NCBI RefSeq assembly: GCF_963921235.1
Contig: NC_086108.1
Coordinates: 9,610,001-9,674,000 of the forward strand
DNA: 64,000 bases
From: Mobula hypostoma
Taxonomy: Eukaryota
Direction: 5' to 3'
Part shown: positions 47,566-60,944 of the stretch, one piece after another
Numbering within the stretch: position 1 is the first letter of the stretch
Layout of the letters: every line of letters starts with the position of its first letter
Notes under the pieces: model-generated
The model's database searches: none
Seen by the model: only the letters and a program-made list of their open reading frames with translations
What the model was told of the DNA's origin: nothing
Translations under genes and position numbers: made by a program

Positions 47566-49540
47566 CAACCTCTGTTTTGAATATACCCAATGACTTGACC
47601 TACAAAGCCACCTGTGGCAATGAATTCCACAGATTCACCACCCTCTGGTGAAACAAACTCCTCCTCATCTTTGTTCTAAAGGGACATCCCTCTATTCTGA
47701 GGCTGTGCCCTCTTGTCCTAGACCCCCCTCCCCCGCCTCCACTATAGAGAACATCCTCTCCACATCCACTGTATCAGAACCTTTCAATATTTGATAGGTT
47801 TCAATGAGATCCCTCTTCATTCTTCCAAACTCTAAAGCCATCAAATGCTCCTCATTCATTAATCCTTTAATTCCCGGAATCATTCTCGTGAACCTCTTCT
47901 GGGCCCTCTCCAATGTCCTTAACATACCCAGTGGAGGAGTTACGTCCTCAGCATTTGTGCTGGGGTGTTTTACATATTTAACAGGTGAGCTGAGGTGTGT
48001 TCCTTTACCTGACAGATGTGCTGGGGTAAATTACTTGTTTAAAACGGGCGCTGGGATGCATTGTTCTGCTGAGGGTGGTAGGCACGCGATGTTGGCACTG
48101 GGATGTGTGGCAATACTTGCCGCAATGTATTTCACTGTGTGTTTAGGTGTACATTTGATAAATAAATCTCAACCTGAGTCTGAATTACTTTGTTAACGGA
48201 GTTGCTGGGGTGTGAAAATGTATTTGCTTTCTCTCTCCAGTTGCTCACGGGTCAGCTGTCAGGTTTTTCTCTCATCGAGGGAGATAATATTTCTCAGGAG
48301 TTGTAAAGCAGGGAGACATTGCCCTCCTTTCTTGGTTTACGTTGGGGCTGGAAATCTCGGAAGTGAGTGCCATCAAACAAGGAGCCTGAAGACCCGAACC
48401 TCAAGTTTCGACAACAACTTCTTGTCACTGACACCAGCCTGAAAGACCCGAACACTACCATGGATTGTATTTCCCTCAACTTGCACTGACGACGAGCATC
48501 CATGGAGGGGAGTAAGCAGCTGGCGCTTCGGGCCAAGACCCTTCATCAGGACTGGAGAGGAAAGCAGCAAGAAGTTTAAAGGAATGTAAGAGTTAGGAGT
48601 TTACTCACGCAGGGAGAGAGTGGAATTCAGCTACACAAGGTGGTGGTAGAGGCAGATACATTAGGGTCATTTAAGAGACTCTAGGATAGGCACGTGGCCA
48701 TGAGTGAGGGAAGGCTTACATTGATCTTGGAGTTGGTCAGAGGGTGGGCACGACATTGTGGGCTGAAGGGCCTGTTCTGTGCTGTACTGTTCTATGTTCT
48801 ATGTGGTGAGCACCAGGAGCGTCCTACCATGGGTGGTGGTAGAGGCTGATACAATAGGGCCATGAAGGATTTTTACGTGGATTATAGAAAGAAATTTTGA
48901 TGTATTTATTTTGAGATCCAGTGCGGAGAAGGCCCTTTCAGCCCTTTGGGCTGCGCTGCCTGGCAGCCCCTGATGAACCCAATTAATCCTAATCTAATCA
49001 CGGCACAGCTTACAATGAGCAATCAACTGACGTTTAATTGGCCAGTAATTAAATAATTTGTCATTTAAATATTTGGTCAATTTACAATGTCCAATTAACC
49101 CACCCATTGCGTCTTTGGACTGTGGGAGGAAACCAGAGCACTGGGAGAGAACCCACACATTCCACGGGGAGGACGTACAGAGACTCCTGACAGAACCGCG
49201 CCGGAATTGAACTCTGAACTCCGTAACGCCCTGAGATGTAATAGATTCACGCTAACCACTGTGCTACCGTGGTGGAGAGTAATGGGCTGTGTAGGCAGGT
49301 GTTTATTTTCCGATCTTTAGGGTTCTTCTGGTAGTCAAAAAATGGTGAGCAGTCTTAATTCTAACGATCGTTTATTTTTGAGTATGAAGAAGCACGCAAA
49401 TACTGAGCAAACTAAATAAAGGACTGAGAGATAAATGTATGGCAAAGACAAAAGGAATAAAGAATAAAAAAAAAGATGGCTCCTCTGAAAATTCCATTGC
49501 TTCTATAGATAAGATAAGAAATTCCTTAGATAGGAATAAA

Positions 49541-52297
49541 CATAGAAACATAGAAACATAGAAAATAGTTGCAGGAGTAGGCCATTCGGCCCTTCGAGCC
49601 TGCACCGCCATTTATTATGATCATGGCTGATCATCCAACTCAGAACCCCGCCCCAGCCTTCCCTCCATACCCCCTGACCCCCGTAGCCACAAGGGCCATA
49701 TCTAACTCCCTCTTAAACATAGCCAATGAACTGGCCTCAACAGTTTGCTGTGGCAGAGAATTCCACAGATTCACCACTCTCTGCGTGAAGAAGTTTTTCC
49801 TAATCTCGGTCCTAAAAGGCTTCCCCTCTATCCTCAAACTGTGGCCCCTCGCTCTGGACTTCCCCAACATCAGGAACAATCTTCCTGCATCTAGCCTGTC
49901 CAATCCCTTTAGGATCTTATACGTTTCAATCAGATCCCCCCTCAATCTTCTAAATTCCAACGAGTACAAGCCCAGTTCATCCAGTCTTTCTTCATATGAA
50001 AGTCCTGCCATCCCAGGAATCAATCTGGTGAACCTTCTTTGTACTCCCTCTATGGCAAGGATGTCTTTCCTCAGATTAGGGGACCAAAACTGCACACAAT
50101 ACTCCAGGTGTGGTCTCACCAAGGCCTTGTACAACTGCAGTAGTACCTCCCTGCTCCTGTACTCGAATCCTCTCGCTATAAATGCCAGCATACCATTCAC
50201 CTTTTTCACCGCCTGCTGTACCTGCATGCCCACTTTCAATGACTGGTGTATAATGACACCCAGGTCTCGTTGCACCTCCCCTTTTCCTAACTGGCCACCA
50301 TTCAGATAATAATCTGTTTTCCTATTTTTGCCACCAAAGTGGATAACTTCACATTTATCCACATTAAATTGCATCTGCCATGAATTTGCCCACTCACCCA
50401 ACCTATCCAAGTCACCCTGCATCCTCTTAGCATCCTCCTCACAGCAAACACTGCCACCCAGCTTCGTGTCATCCGCAAACTTGGAGATGCTGCATTTAAT
50501 TCCCTCATCCAAGTCATTAATATATATTGTAAACAACTGGGGTCCCAGCACTGAGCCTTGCGGTACCCCACTAGTCACCGCCTGCCATTCTGAAAAGGTC
50601 CCGTTTATTCCCACTCTTTGCTTCCTGTCTGCTAACCAATTCTCCACCCACACCAATACCTTACCCCCAATACCGTGTGCTTTAAGTTTGCACACTAATC
50701 TCCTGTGTGGGACCTTGTCAAAAGCCTTTTGAAAATCCAAATATACCACATCCACTGGTTCTCCTCTATCCACTCTACTAGTTACATCCTCAAAAAATTC
50801 TATGAGCTTCGTCAGACATGATTTTCCTTTCACAAATCCATGCTGACTTTGTCCGATCATTTCACCGCTTTCCAAATGTGCTGTTATCACATCCTTGATA
50901 ACTGACTCCAGCAGTTTCCCCACCACTGACGTTAGGCTAACCGGTCTATAATTCCCCGGTTTCTCTCTCCCTCCTTTTTTAAAAAGTGGAGTTACATTAG
51001 CCACCCTCAATCCTCAGGAACTAGTCCAGAATCTAACGAGTTTTGAAAAATTATCACTAATGCATCCACTATTTCTTGGGCTACTTCCTTAAGCACTCTA
51101 GGATGCAGACCATCTGGCCCTGGGGATTTATCTGCCTTCAATCCCTTCAATTTACCCAACACCACTTCCCCACTAACATGTATTTCCCTCAGATCCTCCA
51201 TCTCACTGGACCCTCTGTCCCCTACTATTTCTGGAAGATTATTTATGTCCTCCTTAGTGAAGACAGAACCAAAGTAATTATTCAATTGGTCTACCATGTC
51301 CTTGCTCCCCATAATCAATTCACCTGTTTCTGTCTGCAGGGGACCTACATTTGTCTTTACCAGTCTTTTCCTTTTTACATATCTATAAAAGCTTTTACAG
51401 TCCATTTTTATGTTCCCTGCCAGTTTTCTCTCATAATCTTTTTTCCCCTTCCTAATTAAGCCCTTTGTCCTCCTCTGCTGAACTCTGAATTTCTCCCAGT
51501 CCTCAGGTGAGCCACTTTCTCTGGCTAATTTGTATGCTTCTTCTTTGGAATTGATACTATCCCTAATTTCTCTTGTCAGCCACGGGTGCACTACCTTGCT
51601 TGATTTATTCTTTTGCCAAACTGGGATGAACAATTGTTGTAGTTCATCCATGCAACCTTTAAATGCTTGCCATTGCATATCCACGGTCAATCCTTTAAGT
51701 GTCATTTGCCAGTCTATCTTAGCTAATTCACGTCTCATACCTTCAAAGTTACCCCTCTTTAAGTTCAGAACCTTTGTTTCTGAATTAACTATGTCACTCT
51801 CCATCTTAATGAAGAATTCCACCATATTATGGTCACTCTTACCCAAGGGGCCTCTCACGACAAGATCGCTAATTAACCCTTCCTCATTGCTCAAAACCCA
51901 GTCCAGAATAGCCTGCTCTCTAGTTGGTTCCTCGACATGTTGGTTCAAAAAACCATCCCGCATACATTCCAAGAAATCCTCTTCCTCAGCACCTTTACCA
52001 ATTTGGTTCACCCAATCTACATGTAGATTGAAGTCACCCATTATAACTGCTGTCCCTTTATTGCACACATTTCTAATTTCCTGTTTAATACCATCTCCGA
52101 CCTCACTACTACTGTTAGGTGGCCTGTACACAACTCCCACCAGTGTCTTCTGCCCCTTAGTATTACGCAGCTCTACCCATATCGATTCCACATCTTCCCG
52201 GCTTATGTCCTTCCTTTCTATTGCGTTAATCTCTTCTTTAACCAGCAACGCCACCCCACCTCCCCTTCCTTCATGTCTATCCCTCCTGAATATTGAA
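49541..52297 (-). mobile_element. Young 5'-truncated CR1 LINE; ORF2 intact except for one 1-nt frameshift at ~51008
   Basis: ORFs 51007-52254 and 49640-51010 join at VPED|WRVANVTPLFKKG; YLDFQKAFD, PQGSVLGP, FADD; (ttctatgt)n tail; GAATAAA at both flanks (49534-49540, 52295-52301). Confidence 0.95.
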
Positions 52298-52387
52298 TAA
52301 AATAGCTAATAGACTACGTAATTAAAACAATGATGTCACATGTGTAATGTGCTAATACCTAGCCAATGAAAAATGAGAAAGGTGATA

Positions 52388-52799
52388 AACCCACAAACAC
52401 AAGGAAATCTGCAGATGTAGAATTTCAAGCAACACACATCAAAGTTGCTGGTGGACGCAGCAGGCCAGGCAGCATCTCTAGGAAGAGGTACAGTCGACGT
52501 TTTGGGCCGACACCCTTCGTCAGGACTAACTGAAGGAAGAGTTAGTAAGAGATTTGAAAGTGGGAGGGAGAGGGGGCGATCCAAAATGATACGAGACAGG
52601 AGTGGGAGGGATAGAGCCAAGAACTGGAGCGAGTCTGAGTCAAAATGTGGTCGAAAAGTTGAAGAGCCGAAGAAATTACAGACAGGGAGCAATGAGAGAT
52701 GGTTTCACTGAACTCCCATCGAAGAGAAGATTTAAACTTCTTCAGTGCAGGCATCACTGGAAGAGGCTTCGCAGTCGTGAATTTAAAAACGCAAACACG
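52388..52799 (-). mobile_element. Penelope-like non-autonomous insert with 8-bp flanking duplication
   Basis: AGGTGATA at 52380-52387 and 52800-52807; same terminal sequence as the 29050-29199 insert; hammerhead core mutated (GAAA to AAAA). Confidence 0.6.
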
Positions 52800-54219
52800 A
52801 GGTGATACCTTTAGTTTAGCTGCTATACCGCTTTCTGCCATCGAGTGGAGATGGACCATCACAAACTGTGAAAAATACATGAGTTTGTTAAAAAGTACAA
52901 ATCTTATAAAAAATATTATTTAAAAAAAACAGTGATTTCCAACAAGGGATGGGTTAGATTGATCAGGGAAAAGGATTATACTGGTTTGCACGACATTGTG
53001 GGCCAAAGGGGCTGTACTGTGCTGTACTGGTCTATGTTCTGTGAATGAATGCAGTAGGTGAACTTGGACAAGTTGGTCTGAAGGATGTGTTTGTATGCTG
53101 TGTGACTCTGTTAGATTGTCAATGACTCACAGAATCTCAGATACTGTACTGCTTTAGGAAGGTCAGACTAACAAGCATCAATAAATAAGTCTTCATCTCC
53201 CAAGTTTTATAACCAGCAAGATCAGCACATTAACGTTAGTCAACCAGCTACATTTGGACACTGCCTTATTTCAGTTTTATTGTTTCGTTAGTTTTAGTGA
53301 GTGGTTAGTGTGTTTACAATTATATCTCACCTACTGCACTCCACAGCGCCGGTCAGACCTTAAACAGACTTGTTAAGAGAGCCACAGAAGGAAGTCCATG
53401 TGGAATGCAATGCATGAAAGAGGTCCACGGACCCCACGGTTAATGGTTCGGCTCCACGGCATCAAAACGGTTGGTCTACAGAAAACTCCATTGAGAAAGC
53501 CCTCCCCACCTGCGAGCACATCTACACGGAGCGCTGTCACAGGAAAGCAGCATCCATCATCAGGGACCCCCACCACCCAGGACGTGCTCTCTTCCCCCCG
53601 CTGCCATCAGGAAGGAGCTACAGGAGCCTCAGGACCCACGCCACCAGGTTCAGGAACAGTTATTACCCTCAACCATCAGACTCCTGAACCGGTGTCGATA
53701 ACCTCACTCAACTTCACTTGCCCCATCATTGAAATGTTCCTCCTACCTATGGACTCGTTTTCAAGGACTCTTCATCTCATGTTCTTGATATTTATTGCTT
53801 ATTTAATTATAATAATATTTTTTTCTTTTTGTATTTCCACAGTTTGTTGTCTTTTGCTCTCTGGTTATTTGTCCATCTTTGCAGTTATTTATTAATTCTA
53901 TCATGGTTCTTTGTATCTACTGGGAATGCCCACAAGGAAATGAATCTCAGGGTTGTATATGGTGACAGATATGTCGCTTGATTATACATTTACTTTGGAC
54001 TTTGAAATCAAAAATCAAACCTTTGTTTATGTAATGCCATGGCATTCCGAGGGAGAGTGTCAGACTGAAACAGGCAGTGAACCTGCTGCTGCGAGAGTCA
54101 GAGCTGTAGAAGTGTAGGAGGCACCAGAGGTTTTGGCGGACCTGGGCGACTTCTTCAAGTTCATGTACGAAACAACTTAAATCTCCTGCTGGTGTCTGTT
54201 TCCTCCTTTTCACGGTGAC

Positions 54220-54468
54220 TGGGGTCCTGTGGGAGCCCGCGATCTACGGCCGGGGTCCTGTCGGAGCCCGCAAGCTACGGCCGGGGTCCTGTCGGAGTCT
54301 GCGATCTACGGCTGGGGTCCTGTCGGAGCCCGCAAGCTACGGCCGGGGTCCTGTCGGAGTCTGCGATCTACGGCCGGGGTCCTGTCGGAGCGCTCGATCT
54401 ATGGCCGGGGTCCTGTCGGAATTCGCGATCTACGGCCGGGGTCCTGTCGGAGCCCGCGATCTACGGCC
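54220..54468. repeat. 31-bp CpG-rich minisatellite (~8 units)
   Basis: Unit ggccggggtcctgtcggagcccgcgatctac. Confidence 0.9.
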
Positions 54469-55794
54469 GCAGTCAAGCTGCGCTCTTCACCAACGGTGGG
54501 TTCCTGCTCTTCAGAAGAGCGGCTCAGAAGTTCTGTGACTCCGGGGTGTGGTCCTGAGTTCAACCCAACTCCTCACCGGTGTGGCCGACTGAAGTGTCAT
54601 CGAGACAATCAGACAATCAGCCACCTCACTTCTTGTTAGTGAGGAAGAGGGTCAATGGAGATGTTGAGGTGTTGGGATGGATCATAGTTTTTGATGGACT
54701 ATAGATCATGGTCTTTGGGGGCTTGCTGTAGGTGGGGGGGGGCTGATACCTCTACTGGAATGTGGGGTGAGGGTCGATGCTTTGCTGCTGCTTGTGCATG
54801 GGAGGGGGAGAGGGGTCTTTGGGGTTCTAACTTTTACTGCCAGTCATTCTTTGGGGTTTTCTTCTGTTTCGTGGATGTGTGCGGAGTAAGAATTTCAGGC
54901 TGTATACTGTCAACATTCTCTGATTTTAAATTGGACCCGAAACAGGCCCTTCTGTCCATCTAGCCTGTGCTGACCCATTTATGAAGCAGTGTTGAAGAGG
55001 TCAGAGAGATCAATGATGGAATTATAGAACAGATGGAGCTGGTGTTGTATTAAATGCTCTCAACTCTGTCCTGTCACACACTCCCAGCACAAGTGAGAAT
55101 CACAGTATTGCTCCCATGACACTCAGTGGCCACTTTGTTAGGTTCCCTTGTACACCTGTTCATTAATGCAAATGTCTAATCAGCCAATCAGGTGACAGCA
55201 ACTCAGTGCATAAAAGCATGCAGACATGGTCAAGAGGTTCAGTTGTTGTTCAGACCAAATGTCAGAATGGGGAAGAAGTGTGATCTCAGTGACTTTGACT
55301 GTGGGGTGATTGTTGGTGCCAGATGGGGTGGTTTGAGTATCTCAGTACCTCGAGTGCCTGTTTAACATCAACCTTTAGTGGCATGTAAACTGTGGCCAGG
55401 CTCACGGAGAAGGGTTGGCACCTCATCATTACGTGTTCCAGGTCAGGAGAACGAGAGGGTGACAACACCGCTGCGTCCAAGCACCAGGGAGAGTTTATCA
55501 TGAAACACAGACACTACCTTTTGCCTTCTCTGAATCAGCAGTCTTGTCCACCTGGTGTATCGAGAAGCCCTCAGGTCTGATCACCAAATCTGGCATGTCT
55601 TGAGTTAGCCCCTGCTCTACGTGCTTTATGACGGTGAGGCTAGGCACAGCTCCAAAGCCGTATTTAAGTTTGTTGATCCTCCCTAGTGTATCGCACCAGC
55701 CAGTCAGCCATTCTTGTCTGGCGGATAGTGTCGGGATTGGTCTCCTTTCGAATTAACCGGGTCATGATATGAATGTTCCTGATTCCACTCTTCT

Positions 55795-55935
55795 TTTTTA
55801 TGAGGCCGAGTGGCTAGCTTGACGCTCAACCCGGCACGGATGGAAAGCATGCTCGGGGGGGCGGCCCGACTTGGATTCGAACCGGGAGCCTTTGCTCCGG
55901 AGTCCGGCGCTGATGCCACTGCGCCACCAGCCGGC
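55795..55935 (-). mobile_element. tRNA-derived SINE head, related to the 58459 element
   Basis: A box TGGCGCAGTGG, B box GGTTCGAATCC. Confidence 0.7.
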
Positions 55936-57171
55936 ATTTGTTGATGACATCGTTGTCGTTGGCCAAAGCAGCATACAGGAGGGAGATTGACAGCAACCCC
56001 TCAGCCAATGTCAGCAAGACCAAGGAGCTGCTTATAGACTTCAGGAAGAGGAAAGCAGAGGTCCATTGGCCAGTCCTCCATCAGGGGATCAGTGATGAAG
56101 AGGTTTAGCAACTTTAAAATCCTGGGTGTTACTGTTTTAGAGGATCTGTCAGGGCCCAGCTTGTAAGTGCAATCATGAAGAAAGCACAGCAGTGCCTCTG
56201 CTTCCTTAGGAGTTTGTGAAGATTTGCTGTGACGTCTAAAACTTTGACAAACTTCTACAGATGTGCAGTGGAGAGCATATTGACTGGTTGCATCACGGCC
56301 TGGTATGGAAACAACAATGCCCTTGAATGGAAAATCCTACAAAAACTAATGGATATGACCCAGGCCATCATGTGTAAAGCCCTCCCAACATCAATCACTG
56401 TCACAGGAAAGCAGCATCCATCATCAGGGACCCCCACCACTCAGGATATGCTCCCTTCTCACTGCTGACATCAGGAAGAAGGTACAGGAGCTTCAGGACC
56501 CTCCCCACCAGGTTCAGGAACAGTTATTATTCCTCAGACATCAGGCTATTGAACCAGAGGGGATAACTTCACTCATGCCAGCACTGAAATGTTCTCACAA
56601 TCAATGGACTCAATTTCAAGGACTCTTCATCTCATGTTCTTGATATTTATTACTTATTTATTGATTAATTATTCTTACTGTTTTTCTCTCTTTGTATTTG
56701 TACAGTTTGTTGTCTTTTGCATATTGGTTGTTTGTCGGTACTGTTGGGTGCAAGTTTTTCATCAATTCTATTGTGTTTCTTGTATTTACTGTGAATGCCC
56801 GCAAGAAAAATGAATCTCAGGGTTGTTACGGTGACATGTACGTACTTTGATAATAATTTTACTTTGAACTTTGAAACTGCTGATCTCCTGGGATTTTCAT
56901 GCACGACAGTCTCCAGTGTTTATGCAGGAATGGTGTGAAAAACAAAAAAAAAACTAGTGAGTGGCAGCTCTGTGGGCAAAATCATCTTGTTAATGAGAGA
57001 GGTCACAGGAGAATGGGCAGACTGGTTCAAGCTGACAGGAAGGTGACAGTAACTCAAATAATCACACGTTACAACAGTGGTGTACAGAAGAGCATCTCTG
57101 AACACACATGTCAAACCTTGAGGTGGCCACCTTATTAGGTGCCTTCTGAGTGTATATCAAAGTCCCTCAGA

Positions 57172-58040
57172 GTAACACACACCAGATTCTGGAGGAACTC
57201 AGCAGGCCAGGCAGCATCTATGGAGAGGAATAAACAGTCAACTTTTCAGAGTGAGATCCTTCATCAGGACTGGAAAGACAGGGGGCAGAAGCCAGAATAG
57301 GGAGGGGAGGGGAGGGAAGGAATGCAAACTGGTAGGTGATAGGTGAGACCGGGTGAGGTGGAAGATGGGTGGGTGGGAGAGGGGGGATGAAGTGAGAAGC
57401 TGAGAGGTGATAGGTGGGAAAGGCAAAAGGCTGAAGAAGAAGGAATCTGATTGGAGAGGAGAGTGGGCACTATGGGGAGGTGATGGGAAGATGAGGAGAA
57501 GAGAAGGGGAGAAAAGGGAGCCAGAGTGAGAAGTGGAAGAAGAGGGAAGGGAGACATGGAGAAATTACCGGAAGTTAGAGAAAACAAAGTTCATGCCATC
57601 AGGTTGGAGCCACCAAATGAGGTGTTGCACCTCCAACCTGGCTGTGGCCTCATCGCATCAGTAGAGGTGGCCACAGACGGAGATGTTGGAATGGAAAGTA
57701 GAATTAACATGGGTGGCCACTTGGAAATCCCGACTTTTGTGGTGGGCACACTGAAGGTGCTCAATGAAGCTGTCCCTCGATCTACATCGGGTCTCTCCAA
57801 CGCAGAGGAGGCCGCACTGGGAGCACCGGATACAGCAGACTCACAGGTGGAGTGAGCCCTCACCTGGGAGGGCTGAGTTGTGGTGAGGGAGGTGGCGCAT
57901 TTGTCCCACTTGGAGGGGTAAGTGCTGGGGGGAGATCAGGGGGTGAGGGTCGACTGCACAAGGGAGGCGTGTGGAGAGTGATCCCTGAGTTACGTAGAGT
58001 GCGGTTCCTGCGGAATGTGGAGAGTGGGAGGAGGGGGAAA
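57172..58040 (-). mobile_element. Penelope-like element 3' end (GIY-YIG region remnant plus terminal repeat)
   Basis: Decayed ...GETRCRS.DSFIEHL...HFQVATH.NSTFHSN...QHLI..LQPDGMNF.FSNF followed by the pyrimidine-rich PLE repeat. Confidence 0.6.
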
Positions 58041-58458
58041 TATTTATTTATTGAGATACAGCGAGGAACGGGCCCTTCCGGCACTTCAAGCCCAGCTGCA
58101 TAGCAATGCCCCAGTCTGAGCCTAACCACAGGACAATTTACAATGACCAATTAACCTACCAACCGGTACGTCTTTGGACTCTGGGAGGAAACCAGAGCAC
58201 CCGGAGGAAACCCACATGGTGACGGGGAGAACATACAAACTCCTTACAGGCAGTGGCAGAAATTGAACCTGTGTCACTGGTACTGTAAAGTGTTGTGCTA
58301 ACCACTATGATACAGTGTCACTATAGTGTGGTAACAGACCCTTCCGACCCTCAGTGAGACCTGGCTCTCCAATTACACCCAAGTGACCAATGAACCTACC
58401 AACCGGTACGGCTTTGGACTGTGGGAGGAATATGTTCAGTGGCAGGATAGCAGAAGGT

Positions 58459-58755
58459 GGGCCGGCTGGTGGCGCAACGACATCAGCGCCGGACCCAGGA
58501 GCGGAGGTTCCCGGGTTCGAAACCAGTTGGATCCGCTCCCGAGTACGCTTTCTATCCGCGTCGGGTTGAGTGACAAGATCGCAACTCGACCTCGTAAAAT
58601 AAAGGTAAAAAGACTGCGAAAATGTCTGTTTGAGGAGTGGTGCTCCACACAGTCTCTCTCTCTCACTCCACGCCTTGTAAGAGCCACGAAAAAGACATCG
58701 TCACAGATGTGCACATGCACAGACGCGCACGCACGCAGGCACACGCCAAAAAAAA
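58459..58755 (+). mobile_element. Young tRNA-derived SINE with A-tail and 15-bp target-site duplication
   Basis: AGGATAGCAGAAGGT at 58444-58458 and 58756-58770; B box GGTTCGAAACC; CpGs retained. Confidence 0.85.
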
Positions 58756-60129
58756 AGGATAGCAGAAGGTAGCAGAAGTTATGGCGATTGATGTGCTGGA
58801 TGCAAAGCCTCCCATTGTGGGTTAGAATCAGAGCAAAGCTTCCTCTACTGTCTGTCAGATTCTCGCCGTGGGACAGAGATGCTCCGAGGGTGAAGACAGC
58901 AAAGGGCTTAGGGGGTGCACGAGGAAGGGCCAGAGTCCAGGGCCTCTTGGCAATGAACGGAAATTCGTTAACATTGGTGTATTAACCAGTCTACCTGCCA
59001 TCAAGGATGTACACACAGAAAGAAGCCACCCACCTTGCTCATAGACTGTTTGTCTCCCTCCCATCAGGGAGGAGATTTTGCAAAATCCACACCAGGACCA
59101 TCAGACTCAAAAACAGTTCCTTTCCCCTATCAGTAAAACTGATCAACACCTCCACCCACTGACCCACCCCTCCACACCCACAACCACCACTACTTTATCA
59201 TTTCCTGTCAGAGTCACCTTATGTACAGACAGTCCTGTGCCTAGCGTCACTTTATGCACATACAATCAGTCTATGTATAGAAGCTACCCTACGTATTTAT
59301 ATTTATTGTGCTTTTTCATTATTGTGTTCCTTGCCTTACTGTGTTTTTCTTCTGCTGCATCAGATCCAGAGTAACAATTATTTCATTCTCCTTTACACTT
59401 GTGTACTGGAAATGATATTAAACCCTTAAATCTTGACTCGTAGAACCCCAGAAACTACTTATTTGTAACTGGGTGATGACTGATGATGTGATTTGTTCAG
59501 GAATGGAATAATATTACTTGTTATAAAACTTGTTACTTACACTAATTACATGTACTAATGTCGTTATGTCTATTTTTCTTTATTTGATCATGTAAGTTAT
59601 GTATAATTTATGTTAATTTAAGTTTATGTTAATTAATATTGTCATGATTGTTATGTATTGTACTGTTGCAAAAAATGCTAATTTTCATGACACTTACAGC
59701 TTGAGTGGTACACCCAGTGGCCACTTTATTAGGCACATCTGTTCGTTAATGCAAATATCTAATCAGCCAATCACATGGCAACAACTCAATGCATAAAAAC
59801 ATGTAGACATAATCAAGAGGTTCAGTTGTTGTTCAGACCAAATGTCAGAATGGGGAAGAAATGTGATCTAAGTGACTTTGGCTGTAGAGTGATTGTTGGT
59901 GCCAGATGGGGTGGTTTGAGTATCTCAGAAACTGCTGACCTCCTGGGATTTTCATGCACAACAGAGGTATAAAGTGGACAGTGGGAGTGGTTTTGTTGTT
60001 GCATGGTCTTCAAAGTTTAAGGTAATTTAATTATTACAGTACCTATATGCCACCATATACAACCCCAGATTCAGCTTCTTGCGGGCATTCACGGGAAAAT
60101 AATGAAATAAAATAGAATTTACAAATCAA

Positions 60130-60432
60130 TACTCTCTCTCTTTCTCCCTCCCTTTCTCTCTCTCCCTCCCTCCCTTTCTTCCCCATGCTTCCCTCATCCC
60201 TCCCTCTCTCTCTCCCATCTCCCCTTCTTCTCCCTCCCTCTCTCTCTTCCCTCTGCCTTCCCCCTCTCCTCATACCTCCCTCCCATCTCTTTTTCTCTAT
60301 CCCTCCATCTATTCCTCCCTCCCTCTCTACCCCTTTCTTTTCACCCCTCTCTCTCCCCCCTCCCCCTCCCCCTCCCCTCCTCCTCCCCCTCCCCTGCCCC
60401 CCATCCCCTCTCTCTCCCTCTCCCTCTCTCTA
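60130..60432. repeat. Polypyrimidine (CT-rich) low-complexity tract
   Basis: Directly visible. Confidence 0.95.
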
Positions 60433-60944
60433 ACATAAATCTCTACTTCCTTTCCACTGCTCCCTCTGTTAGCTGCCTCTTTTGGTATCCGGATCACTGT
60501 ACAGACCCACTTTCCCTTTGAATCCTGTCACAGGCCCCATCGTGTTTGCCTGTCATTAGATCTCACTTAGTCCCAGTTTTAGTGTGGCAGAAGCAAGCTG
60601 GCTCATTTTCAGCAGTCCATGTTTTAACTTAATTATAATCTGTATGTATTCCTGAAGAACAGATGGCATTTAGCATGGAAGATAACAAGTGGCAACGAGA
60701 GCTGACTGCATCTAAAGTGAATTCTGGACATTAAATCAATGTGACTACGTTTATTTCTACACTCAAATGTTGCAGAGTGCACTGCAGACACGCCTGATGT
60801 CTGTTGGGTTATTTCTGAAGCATTGTCTCTGCTGTACTGAACGAAAGGCGCACCAACTAAAACCCAAAATCAGCAATCTGTTCAAAAATGTGCAGTGCGT
60901 TTCACAGGAGGGTGGCCAGAAAGAAAAATCTTCATGGATCTGGT

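Noticed and set aside
49617..52300. Long plus-strand ORFs (230, 134 and 256 aa)
   Set aside because: Antisense shadows of CR1 ORF2.
52491..52530. Other PLE hammerhead-like motifs (also ~7065, 12529, 34021, 48520, 57235)
   Set aside because: Core nucleotides (CUGAnGA, GAAA or stem III) are mutated; probably inactive.
56229..56468. TLTNFYRCAVESILTGCITAWYGN as a host gene domain
   Set aside because: It is the C-terminal RT region of Rex1/Babar-like LINEs, present in several decayed copies here.
58459..58535. Possible tRNA gene
   Set aside because: No complete cloverleaf or T-run terminator; it has an extended body, A-tail and TSD, so it is a SINE.
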